A stretch of 33,177 bases of DNA from positions 1-33,177 of the forward strand of contig JACRKZ010000139.1 in NCBI GenBank assembly GCA_016235455.1. Reading direction: 5' to 3'. This DNA is from Armatimonadota bacterium. GTDB taxonomy: Bacteria; Armatimonadota; UBA10988. Positions within the stretch are counted from its first letter, which is position 1. Each line of letters begins with the position of its first letter. The notes below the pieces were generated by a model. That model had not been told where the DNA came from. It did no database searches and worked only from the letters and a program-made list of their open reading frames with translations. Positions 25,640 to 33,177 of this stretch are shown here, piece by piece. The position numbers were made by a program, and so were the translations under genes.

Positions 25640-27466
25640 ATGAGCGCGGGCCGATTCTGTCCCGAATGCGGCAGCGAGAACCTGCCCGAGCGCCGCTACT
25701 GCCGCGAGTGCGGCGTCTGCTTCATCGATGCCTGCCCCGACTGCGGTGCCAGCAGTCTGGTTGGCGATGCCGCTTGCGCCGCCTGCCAACGCCCCCTGGT
25801 GGACGGCGATGGGACTCGCCTGACCGACTGGCAGCCCCGGTGGGCCGCTTGCGTCGAGGCGGCTTCGGGCCCGGCGCGCTACCACTTCCCCGAGCACTGG
25901 GAGCCGGGCGAGGCGCGGCTCGACCCGGCCGCGGTGGTGGCCAGCGAGAACCGCTTGGCCACGGTCGTCAAGGCCGATCTGAGCGGCTTCACCGCCATGA
26001 GTGAACTGCTCGGCGACCCCGAGGAAGTCACCATCATCATGAACCAGGTGTTCGAGCCCCTGGTCGAGGTGGTGCGCCGGCACGACGGCTACATCGACAA
26101 CTACGCCGGCGACATGATCATCAGTTTCTGGGGCGCGCCCAACGCGGTGGAGGCCGGCGCCGAGCATGCCGTGCGCTCCGCGCTGGAGATGCGCGCCGCG
26201 GTGGAGACGCTCAATGCGCGCGGCATCAGCCATGGCGTCGAGTTGGGCATCTCCACGGGCGTGGCCACCGGCGCTGGCCTGTGGGGCGAGGTGGGCACCG
26301 GCGCCAACCTGCGGCACACGCTCTCGGGTGAACTGGGCGACTACGCCGCGCTGCTCGAGAAGTACACCGATCGCGGCCATGTGGGCATCTGCCCGGCGAC
26401 GACGGCGCGCGTGCGTGGCCGCATCGCGGTGACGCCCATCGCCGACAGCCACGTGACGCCGCCGGGCGAGACCGAAGAGCAGCCCATCTACAACGCCGAG
26501 GCGCTGGCCGAGGAGCCCACCTGGCTGGAGCTGGCCGGAGCGGATACCGTGCCCCGCGCGGGCCGCGACAAACTCGGTCGCGAGCTGGCCGCGCATTGGC
26601 AGGCCGCGGCTGGCGGCGTGCGACGGTTCGTGCATCTGGCCGGCGAGCCCGGCTCGGGCAAGTCGCGCCTGGCCTACGAGGTGGCGCAGTTGGCGCTGGC
26701 CTCGGGCGCCCAGGTGTTGGCCGCCGGCGGGCGGCCGCTGTCGCGGGCCATGGGCTGGACTCTGGAACTGCCGCCCGTGCCGCGGACGCCGGCCCTGATC
26801 GTGCTCGACGGGCTCAACTTCGTCGACAGCTGGCCGCTGGAGCGCGTGCTCGACTTGCTGCCCGACCAGCCGGTGCTGGTCCTGACGGTCAGCCGCGACC
26901 GCCAGCCGGCGGCGCAGTTGCGGGCCGCCGGGCTGCATGTCGAGGCCTATGAGGTGCCGCCGCTCGACGCCGAGGCCGTGGAGGCGCTGGCGCAGCGCTG
27001 CCTGAGCCGCGAAGTGAGCGAGGCCGAGAGCGACTGGCTGTGGCACCAGAGCGAGGGCAATCCGCTGCTCGTGCGCGCGCTCTGCGGGCTGCTCGGCGGG
27101 GGCGCCACGGACGACGGCGCCGAACTGGAGCACAGGCTCGAGCGGCTGCCCTGGCCCATGCAGGAGTTCGCCGCGGTCGCGCTCGACCAGCTCTCGGAGC
27201 CGGAGCGTGCGGCGGCCTACGTGGCGGCGATGGCGGCCGACCAGGAACTGCGGCTGCGTCCCGAGGCCGTGGGCTGGGTGCTGGCCGACCCGCTGTGGTC
27301 GCGGCGGCTGGAGCGGCTGGAGGCCTTGGGGCTGGTGTGGCGCGAGGATGAGCCGACGGCCCTGGTCTGGCGGCACCGCTGCGTGCGCCGCGCCGCCGCG
27401 GCCCGGCTGATCGACACGGTGCGCGTGCAAATCGAGGCGCGGCTGGCGGCGATGCCCGAAGGATAA
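25640..27466 (+). CDS. Double zinc ribbon + class III nucleotide cyclase-like + truncated STAND-type ATPase protein
   Basis: Four CxxC pairs (CPEC, CREC, CPDC, CAAC), ADLSGFTAMSE, GYIDNYAGD, WGAPNA, GISTG, Walker A GEPGSGKS, SEGNPLL. Confidence 0.85.
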   Translation: MSAGRFCPECGSENLPERRYCRECGVCFIDACPDCGASSLVGDAACAACQRPLVDGDGTRLTDWQPRWAACVEAASGPARYHFPEHWEPGEARLDPAAVVASENRLATVVKADLSGFTAMSELLGDPEEVTIIMNQVFEPLVEVVRRHDGYIDNYAGDMIISFWGAPNAVEAGAEHAVRSALEMRAAVETLNARGISHGVELGISTGVATGAGLWGEVGTGANLRHTLSGELGDYAALLEKYTDRGHVGICPATTARVRGRIAVTPIADSHVTPPGETEEQPIYNAEALAEEPTWLELAGADTVPRAGRDKLGRELAAHWQAAAGGVRRFVHLAGEPGSGKSRLAYEVAQLALASGAQVLAAGGRPLSRAMGWTLELPPVPRTPALIVLDGLNFVDSWPLERVLDLLPDQPVLVLTVSRDRQPAAQLRAAGLHVEAYEVPPLDAEAVEALAQRCLSREVSEAESDWLWHQSEGNPLLVRALCGLLGGGATDDGAELEHRLERLPWPMQEFAAVALDQLSEPERAAAYVAAMAADQELRLRPEAVGWVLADPLWSRRLERLEALGLVWREDEPTALVWRHRCVRRAAAARLIDTVRVQIEARLAAMPEG

Positions 27467-27528
27467 CCGCGGCCGGCCTGGAATGGTGTTGCTGGCCACC
27501 GCATCGGTTGTGGTCCCGGGAGCCTGCC

Positions 27529-28398
27529 ATGCTGCTGTCCGTTTGCGTGTCGGCATTTGCTGGAACCGTGTCCGAGCAGTTGGCTGCCGCCGCGGAGGCC
27601 GGCTTCGAGGCGGTCGAGTTGCGCGGTCTGATCGACGGCCAGCCGATCACCCAGCTCTCCGTGGATGCCTTCGGCGACGTCTGTCAGTTGGCCGCCGAGT
27701 ACGGCCTGATGGTGGCCACCGTGGCAGTGGGCCAGGTGGGCGATCTGGCCGACAACGCCGAACTGCTGCGCCGCGTGGGGGCCATGAGCGCGCTTAATGG
27801 CGCGCGGATCCGGCTGTTCAGCTCCATGCGGCCGGGCGTGAGCGATGCCTCGGAGGCGGGCGAAGAGCCGCCGGCCATGCTCTGGGAGCATGAACTCAAA
27901 GCACTGGCTCGGTGCGTCGACGCCATCCACGCCGAGCATGCCCAGGCGCTGGTCATGGTCGAGTCCGAGCCGGTCAGCGTGGCTAACACCGTGGCGCTCG
28001 GCGCGCGGCTGCTGGCCGACCTGGATCGCCCCAACGTCGGACTGAACTGGGACTTCGTCAACTGCTGGATGGCCGGTGAGCACCCCTGGCCGGGCACCTG
28101 GGTGACGCTGCGCGACTGGCTCTATGGCGTGCACTACAAGGGCGCCAAGGCCGATCCCTTCGACCCCACGCGCTACGCCAGCCAGTGTCTGCCGGGCGAC
28201 GACGACATCCCGCATCGCTCCATCTGGGCCACCTTGGCCGCCGTGGGCTTCGACGGGCCGGTGACCATCGACCCCAACTACGCCGAGTTCCGACCGGTCG
28301 ACTGGTTCGAGCCGGAGCCCGAGCAGCCTGACCGCGAGATTGCCGTGCGCACCTTGCCGCGCCTGGCGGCCTATCGACAGCACGCCTGGGCGCGCTGA
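27529..28398 (+). CDS. Sugar phosphate isomerase/epimerase (xylose isomerase-like TIM barrel)
   Basis: AGFEAVELRG, metal-ligand segments VESEP, NWDFVN, HYKG, GFDGPVTID. GGGAG SD before ATG 27529. Confidence 0.8.
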   Translation: MLLSVCVSAFAGTVSEQLAAAAEAGFEAVELRGLIDGQPITQLSVDAFGDVCQLAAEYGLMVATVAVGQVGDLADNAELLRRVGAMSALNGARIRLFSSMRPGVSDASEAGEEPPAMLWEHELKALARCVDAIHAEHAQALVMVESEPVSVANTVALGARLLADLDRPNVGLNWDFVNCWMAGEHPWPGTWVTLRDWLYGVHYKGAKADPFDPTRYASQCLPGDDDIPHRSIWATLAAVGFDGPVTIDPNYAEFRPVDWFEPEPEQPDREIAVRTLPRLAAYRQHAWAR

Positions 28399-28447
28399 CC
28401 GGCGTTTGTTGTTCCGCCTCCAGCGGTGCTGTTTTTGGAGAATGCAC

Positions 28448-29965
28448 ATGCCGGGCCTGCCCCTGCACACACTGACCGATATCTGGGCCAACACCGTCGG
28501 CAAGTACCCGCGCAAGACCGCACTGGTCATGGACGGCCGGCGGTACAGCTTCCGCGAACTCGACGTCGACATCGCGCGCATCGCCGGCCGGCTCATCACG
28601 CTGGGTGTGCAGCCGGGCGACCGCATCGCCGTGGCCATGCCCAACTGCTGGGAGTTCTACATCGCTTACTGGGCCACGCTGCGCGTCGGTGCAGTGCTGG
28701 CGCCGGTGAACTTCAGGCTCGGCCCCGACGAGATGCGCTATGTCCTGGCCAACATCGACCCGCGCGTGGTCTTCGTCCATGCCGACTGCTGGGCCCAGGT
28801 GCAGCCGGCGCTACCCGACGGCGCCCGGCTGATCGGCGTGGGCGTGGCCGAGGCGGAGCCGTTCGCCGAGGCGCTGCGCAGCGAGCCGGCCGCGGCGGTG
28901 CCGGTGGACACCGAGGCGCTGGCGGTCATCGCGCACACCTCGGGCACCACGGGCGTGCCCAAGGGCGCCGTGATGCGCCACTGCGACCTGCTGTTCAACA
29001 TCAAGAACACGGTCATCCCGTTCTCGTGGCGCCACGAGGACGTGAATCTGCTGCTCTCGCCGCTGTTCCATGTGGTCGCGCTGTACAGCATTGTGCCCTC
29101 CAGCGCGTATCTCGGCGCCACCGTCGTGGTCGCGCCGCGGCCCGATGCCAAGGAGGTGGTGGACATCATCGAGCGCGAGCGGGTGACCAACTTCCTGTCC
29201 ACGCCGACCTTCCACCACATGGTCATCTCGCTGCCCGACATCGCCAGCCGCGACCTGGGCTGTCTGCGCATGATCGGCTACAGCGGCGCGCCGATGCCGG
29301 TGCGCACCATCGAGCGGCTGGCGGAGCTGTTCCCCGGCACGCGGCTGCACAACTTCTTCGGCCTGACCGAGACCATCAGCCTGACGCACATCACGCCCTC
29401 GACCCATGCCGTGAGCCGCGCCGACAGCATCGGCCTGTGCATCCCCGAAGTGGGCATGAGGATCGTGCGCGAGGACGGCAGCGACTGCGACTTCGACGAG
29501 ATCGGCCTGCTGCACATCCACCGCGAGAACACCATCCGCGGCTACCTGAACCGCCCCGGGCTGCTGGACGAGGCCATCACCGCCGACGGCCAGTGGTTCA
29601 ACACCGGCGACCTGGCGCGCGTCGACGAGGACGGATTCGTCTACCTCGAAGGCCGTAAGAAGGAAATGATCATCGTCGCGGGCGAGAACGTCTTCGCGCT
29701 GGAAGTCGAGCGCTGCATCCTGGCGCTGGACGGCGTGAAGGAGGTCGCGGTGGTGGGCATCCCAGCCACGGGCCCGCGCGCGGCACTGGGTGAGCTGGTC
29801 AAGGCGGTGGTGGTGCCGGTGCCGGGCTCGGGCCTGACCCCCCGCGACGTCAAGCGCTGGTGCGTGGAGCGACTGGCCAGCTACAAGGTGCCGCAGGTGC
29901 TGGAGTTCAGCGACGGTCTGCCGCGTAACCCGAGCGGGAAGGTGCTCAAGCAGCAGTTGGTGTAG
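28448..29965 (+). CDS. Class I adenylate-forming enzyme (long-chain acyl-CoA synthetase-like)
   Basis: AMP-binding motif HTSGTTGVPKG, PLFHV, FGLTE, TGDL, GRKKEMI, PRNPSGKVLK. GGAG SD. Confidence 0.92.
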   Translation: MPGLPLHTLTDIWANTVGKYPRKTALVMDGRRYSFRELDVDIARIAGRLITLGVQPGDRIAVAMPNCWEFYIAYWATLRVGAVLAPVNFRLGPDEMRYVLANIDPRVVFVHADCWAQVQPALPDGARLIGVGVAEAEPFAEALRSEPAAAVPVDTEALAVIAHTSGTTGVPKGAVMRHCDLLFNIKNTVIPFSWRHEDVNLLLSPLFHVVALYSIVPSSAYLGATVVVAPRPDAKEVVDIIERERVTNFLSTPTFHHMVISLPDIASRDLGCLRMIGYSGAPMPVRTIERLAELFPGTRLHNFFGLTETISLTHITPSTHAVSRADSIGLCIPEVGMRIVREDGSDCDFDEIGLLHIHRENTIRGYLNRPGLLDEAITADGQWFNTGDLARVDEDGFVYLEGRKKEMIIVAGENVFALEVERCILALDGVKEVAVVGIPATGPRAALGELVKAVVVPVPGSGLTPRDVKRWCVERLASYKVPQVLEFSDGLPRNPSGKVLKQQLV

Positions 29966-30137
29966 CCCACGCGGCCAGCGCACGGCGCACTGTGAGCGCC
30001 AAGCTCCAGCTTGGCAGGTATGGATCGCCCCGGAGGGGCGACGCAGCGTCGCAGCGGCCGGGGCGCGCGATCCTACGGTTCGGTGCCGCGCCGAAGCGCG
30101 GCCCTCGTTCACGGTCCTGGCTGACGCTTACAGGTGG

Positions 30138-31022
30138 GTGATGAACGGCGCGCCAAACTGGTGGTACCTGATGATCGGGCTCTGGTTGCCCGCGCTGGCC
30201 CTGCTGGCCATGGCGGCGGCCGGCGCGGTTGGCACTGTTGCCGAGGCGCGGCTGGTGCGGCTGTCGCGTTACGGTGTCTACTGGCTGCCCCGCATCCTGC
30301 CCATACCATGGTCGGCAATCACGGGCATCCGCGCCGAATCCGGGCTTTGGGTGCTGTCTACCGCGGCCGGCGACGTTCCACTGCCCGGCCGGCTCCGCGA
30401 CGTGGGCCCCTTGGTGACCGAGGTGCGGCGCCGCGCCACGGTCGGAGAGGCGGTGCCGCCGGCGCCACTGGGCAGCCAGATGCTTGGTTGGCTAGGCTTG
30501 GAGCCAGGCTACCGCAGGCAGGTCCGGCTGCAGCCTGACCCGCGAGAGAGGCAGCGACTGTTCGTGGCGCTGTGTGGCGTCGCCATGGCCGCATCCTTCA
30601 GCCCGATCTGCTTCGCGGTCGGCCAGAGCCTCGAAGGGCTGCTGCTGGTTGCGGCGGGCGCCTTCAGCCTCTGGCGCCTGGCCTTCCGCCGCCCGAACGC
30701 CGACCTCGCCTGGTTCGACGACGACTGCATGGAGTTCGACGACCGCCACGGCCGCCGCACCAAGCTCCCCTGGCACCAACTCATCTCCCTGTGCGACGAA
30801 GGCGACCGCTTCACGCTGGTCACCACCGCCCAAGACCTGACCATCCTGGCTGACGGCGAGGCGGCTGCGGCGGTCCGGCACACCGCCGAGCAGGTGCTCG
30901 CGGCGCTGGCGGCGAACGGCGGCTGGGCGGCGACACCGGGCGACGCGTCGCTGTCGCCGGCCGAGCGGCTGACGGGCGAGGCTGAGCGTGGGCTGAGCGT
31001 GACTTCAGGGCCGTCGGAGTGA
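30138..31022 (+). CDS. Membrane protein with two PH-like modules, paralog 1 of tandem array
   Basis: Hydrophobic segments followed by IPWSAITGIR and LPWHQLISL modules. C-terminal PGDASLSPAERLTGEAERGLS. Start uncertain (30138 or 30141). Confidence 0.75.
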   Translation: MMNGAPNWWYLMIGLWLPALALLAMAAAGAVGTVAEARLVRLSRYGVYWLPRILPIPWSAITGIRAESGLWVLSTAAGDVPLPGRLRDVGPLVTEVRRRATVGEAVPPAPLGSQMLGWLGLEPGYRRQVRLQPDPRERQRLFVALCGVAMAASFSPICFAVGQSLEGLLLVAAGAFSLWRLAFRRPNADLAWFDDDCMEFDDRHGRRTKLPWHQLISLCDEGDRFTLVTTAQDLTILADGEAAAAVRHTAEQVLAALAANGGWAATPGDASLSPAERLTGEAERGLSVTSGPSE

Positions 31023-31025
31023 GCC

Positions 31026-32048
31026 ATGCCAATGCAGACTGAGCCGCCGGACCCGTCGAGCCAGCCGAGGCAGCCGATAGGTGCTCGATGGTGGCTGGCC
31101 GCCTTGGCGGCGTCGGTTGCCGGCGTGATGTGCGGGTCGGACAAGTGGTTGGCCCTGTGGATGCTGATGTCCGCCGGCCCATGGCTGGTGCTGTACGCGG
31201 CCCACATGCATCCGGTGTTGGGCAATACGGTGTCGGTGAGCCGCCGAGGTGTGCTCATCGGCTACGCCTTGCGTTGTACGCCGTGGACAGAGATCATCGA
31301 AGTCAGGGAAGAGCCGGGCGGAGTCGCCCTTGAGACGGCCCAAGGAGTGCGACACTTGCCGGCCTGCTCCCTTCAGCTAGGCAGGTTGCTCAGCGAAGCC
31401 CGGCGCCGTCTCCAGCCACCCGCCGATCCGCCGCCGGCCGCCGACGCGGCGGGCATCGAGGCGCGGCTGGGCGTGGCCAGTGGCGCATGTCGTACAGTAC
31501 CGGGCGCACTCTCCCACTTCGTGGTCGTGCGAAGGGCCGTCCTGGCTGGCTGCGGCGCGGTGCTGGCGCTCTTGTGCCTGGACTACCGCTGGCGCCTCGA
31601 CGCCCGCAGCCTGGCCTTCAACGTGGCCTGTGTCGCACTCTTGGTTGCCGTATGGGGCGTGCTGCCGCTGGTCGGGCGGCGGACACTGGTATGCGATGGG
31701 CTGGGCCTGACCATAACGTCGCGCATTGGCCGACCCAAGTGCTTGCGTTGGGATGATGTGGTTGCATTGCGCGAGGAGCACGGCGGCTATGTGCTGGTTA
31801 CGAGCGTAGGCGACATCATGGTCGACTCCGGCGCCGACGGCGCGGCCGAACTCAAGCGCACGGTGGAGTACGTGTTCTCCACTCGCACGGAGGCGCCGGG
31901 CTGGGCGCCGACGCCGGGCGAGGCATCTCTGTCGCCCGCGGAGCGGCTGACGGGCGAGCAGAAGCGCGGGCTGAGCCAGACGGACGCATCCCAGACGGGA
32001 GGGGCAAGTCAGTGGCAACTGGACCAGGACCAGCAACGCAGCGGCTAA
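31026..32048 (+). CDS. Membrane protein with two PH-like modules, paralog 2
   Basis: TM pair + TPWTEIIEVR; TM pair + LRWDDVVALR. C-terminal PGEASLSPAERLTGEQKRGLS. Confidence 0.78.
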   Translation: MPMQTEPPDPSSQPRQPIGARWWLAALAASVAGVMCGSDKWLALWMLMSAGPWLVLYAAHMHPVLGNTVSVSRRGVLIGYALRCTPWTEIIEVREEPGGVALETAQGVRHLPACSLQLGRLLSEARRRLQPPADPPPAADAAGIEARLGVASGACRTVPGALSHFVVVRRAVLAGCGAVLALLCLDYRWRLDARSLAFNVACVALLVAVWGVLPLVGRRTLVCDGLGLTITSRIGRPKCLRWDDVVALREEHGGYVLVTSVGDIMVDSGADGAAELKRTVEYVFSTRTEAPGWAPTPGEASLSPAERLTGEQKRGLSQTDASQTGGASQWQLDQDQQRSG

Positions 32049-32084
32049 CCGAGGCGAACAGGATCGCCCTGGCCGATATGGCAG

Positions 32085-32972
32085 TTGCTTGGCGTCTCTC
32101 TGGGCCTGCTGGCGTCTTACTTTGTCTACAACCGGCCGTCGCCTTGGCTGACGGGCGGTGTCCTCGGTGCCACAATCCTGGTCGGCTCGCTGTTGCAGCG
32201 CCTATCGCGCGGACACGCTGACCGCCGCGGCCTGTCTCTGCCGTGCCGCGCACGGCCCATCCCCTGGTCCGAGATCACCGGCATCCGCGCTGAGCAAGGC
32301 AGGTGGCTGGTGGAGACGACGCGCGGCACGGTCGCTCTGCCGCGCTGGCTGACCAACAGCGGTGCGGTGGCGGCCGGGATTAGCCGCCAGTTCCAGGCCG
32401 CGGGCGCCCTGCCGAGTCGCCCGCCGGCCGACCGCGTTCGCGACTGGCTGGGCCTGGGCAACGAGCGTCGGCTCCACGTTGCGGGTGGCGTGCTGGTCGT
32501 GGCCCTCCATCGGCGTGCGGTGTGCCTGCTGGGCGGGCTGGCCCTGCTCCTGCTCGGCTTGGCGGAACTGCCGGCCGGCTTGGCGATCCTGGCTCCCATA
32601 CCGCTACTCGGTGGCGCCGCGGTAATCGCTAACTGCCTTCGGCGGGCGACCATGGCGGTGTTCGTCGACGAGGCTGTTATTGAGTGCGACACGCCAGCGG
32701 GCGAGCGCGGCAGCGTGCCATGGGAGGCGGTGTTGGCGGTGGTTGAGTCGCGCGGCTTCTTCGTGCTACAGACCGCCGACTACGACATCCGGTTCGCGAC
32801 CGGGGCGCCTGGAGCCGAAGCCTTGCGCCGTGCCGCGCTGGCCTACCTCGCCGCGCGCGAGGCGGCCGGCGGCTTCGTGGCCGGGCCGGGCGATACCTCG
32901 CTGTCGCCCGCGACGCGGCTGACGGGCGATGAGGATCGTTGGTTGAGCCAAGCGGAGACCCACGCCGAGTGA
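32085..32972 (+). CDS. Membrane protein with two PH-like modules, paralog 3 (start uncertain)
   Basis: TM pair + IPWSEITGIR; TM pair + VPWEAVLAV. C-terminal PGDTSLSPATRLTGDEDRWLS. Confidence 0.72.
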   Translation: MLGVSLGLLASYFVYNRPSPWLTGGVLGATILVGSLLQRLSRGHADRRGLSLPCRARPIPWSEITGIRAEQGRWLVETTRGTVALPRWLTNSGAVAAGISRQFQAAGALPSRPPADRVRDWLGLGNERRLHVAGGVLVVALHRRAVCLLGGLALLLLGLAELPAGLAILAPIPLLGGAAVIANCLRRATMAVFVDEAVIECDTPAGERGSVPWEAVLAVVESRGFFVLQTADYDIRFATGAPGAEALRRAALAYLAAREAAGGFVAGPGDTSLSPATRLTGDEDRWLSQAETHAE

Positions 32973-33004
32973 CCGGGACTCGCCACCGGCCCGCCTCAAT
33001 GCGC

Positions 33005-33010
33005 TACAAT
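33005..33010 (+). promoter_or_regulatory. -10 element implying a leaderless transcript
   Basis: TACAAT located 7 nt before GTG 33018. No SD. Confidence 0.5.
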
Positions 33011-33017
33011 GCCGCCC

Positions 33018-33177
33018 GTGGTACCACCTTCGGCGTCAACTCCCATCGATCGTCGCCGCCAGCGTGTCTGGCTGGCCGTGGCCACGGTACTGCTCATCCT
33101 CGGCGGGCGGCCCTATGCCTGGCTGCCCGAGTCGCTCGAGGCGCTGGTGCCCGCGGTGCTGTTGCTGGTGGGCACGG
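33018..33177 (+). CDS. Membrane protein N-terminus, truncated by window edge; possibly a fourth array paralog
   Basis: Open frame MVPPSASTPIDRRRQRVWLAVATVLLILGGRPYAWLPESLEALVPAVLLLVGT. Pro/Arg-rich lead followed by a TM pair, like paralog 2. Confidence 0.6.
   Translation, partial: MVPPSASTPIDRRRQRVWLAVATVLLILGGRPYAWLPESLEALVPAVLLLVGT

Noticed and set aside
25640-27466. Pycsar/CBASS/Avs-type defence system
   Set aside because: No adjacent cNMP-binding, TIR or effector gene, no TPR sensor, and the context is housekeeping. The architecture matches the widespread zinc ribbon-cyclase-ATPase family.
18362-27556. Long antisense ORFs (e.g. 18362-20248, 20676-22271, 25361-27556; also 6041-7495 and 28811-30112)
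   Set aside because: Shadow ORFs expected opposite high-GC3 genes. No recognisable motifs.
30921-32948. Three spaced DNA repeats as a CRISPR-like array or DGR template/variable repeats
   Set aside because: Spacing is about 1 kb, the repeats are in-frame coding with largely synonymous differences that are not adenine-specific, and there is no cas or reverse transcriptase gene in the window.

Overview
GC-rich bacterial window, densely coding. The gene content (URO-D-like protein, H-X9-DG remnant, many secreted CAZymes) suggests Armatimonadota or a PVC-like lineage, but that is inference. The left two thirds is mostly carbohydrate use: a YtfR/YtfT/YjfF-type sugar ABC transporter with a coupled secreted beta-propeller, a URO-D-family protein, GH2 beta-mannosidase, GH5, a heparinase II/III-like lipoprotein and a beta-helix/LamG protein. 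It also carries putA, an FkbM methyltransferase and a decayed IS4-family (IS50-like) element. That element has intact 18-bp terminal inverted repeats and sits exactly at the apex of a REP-like palindrome, whose relatives occur at 8.3-8.4 kb. The right third is a + strand run: mutS2, pyrD, pyrF, a small hypothetical gene, a HAD phosphatase, a zinc-ribbon/class III cyclase/ATPase with a degenerate active site, a TIM-barrel isomerase and an acyl-CoA synthetase. It ends in a tandem array of at least three divergent membrane proteins, each with two PH-like modules and a strongly conserved 26-aa C-terminal motif (PG[DE]xSLSPAxRLTG[ED]xxRxLS). That array is the best candidate for an undescribed system. 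I saw no CRISPR array, tRNA or rRNA.
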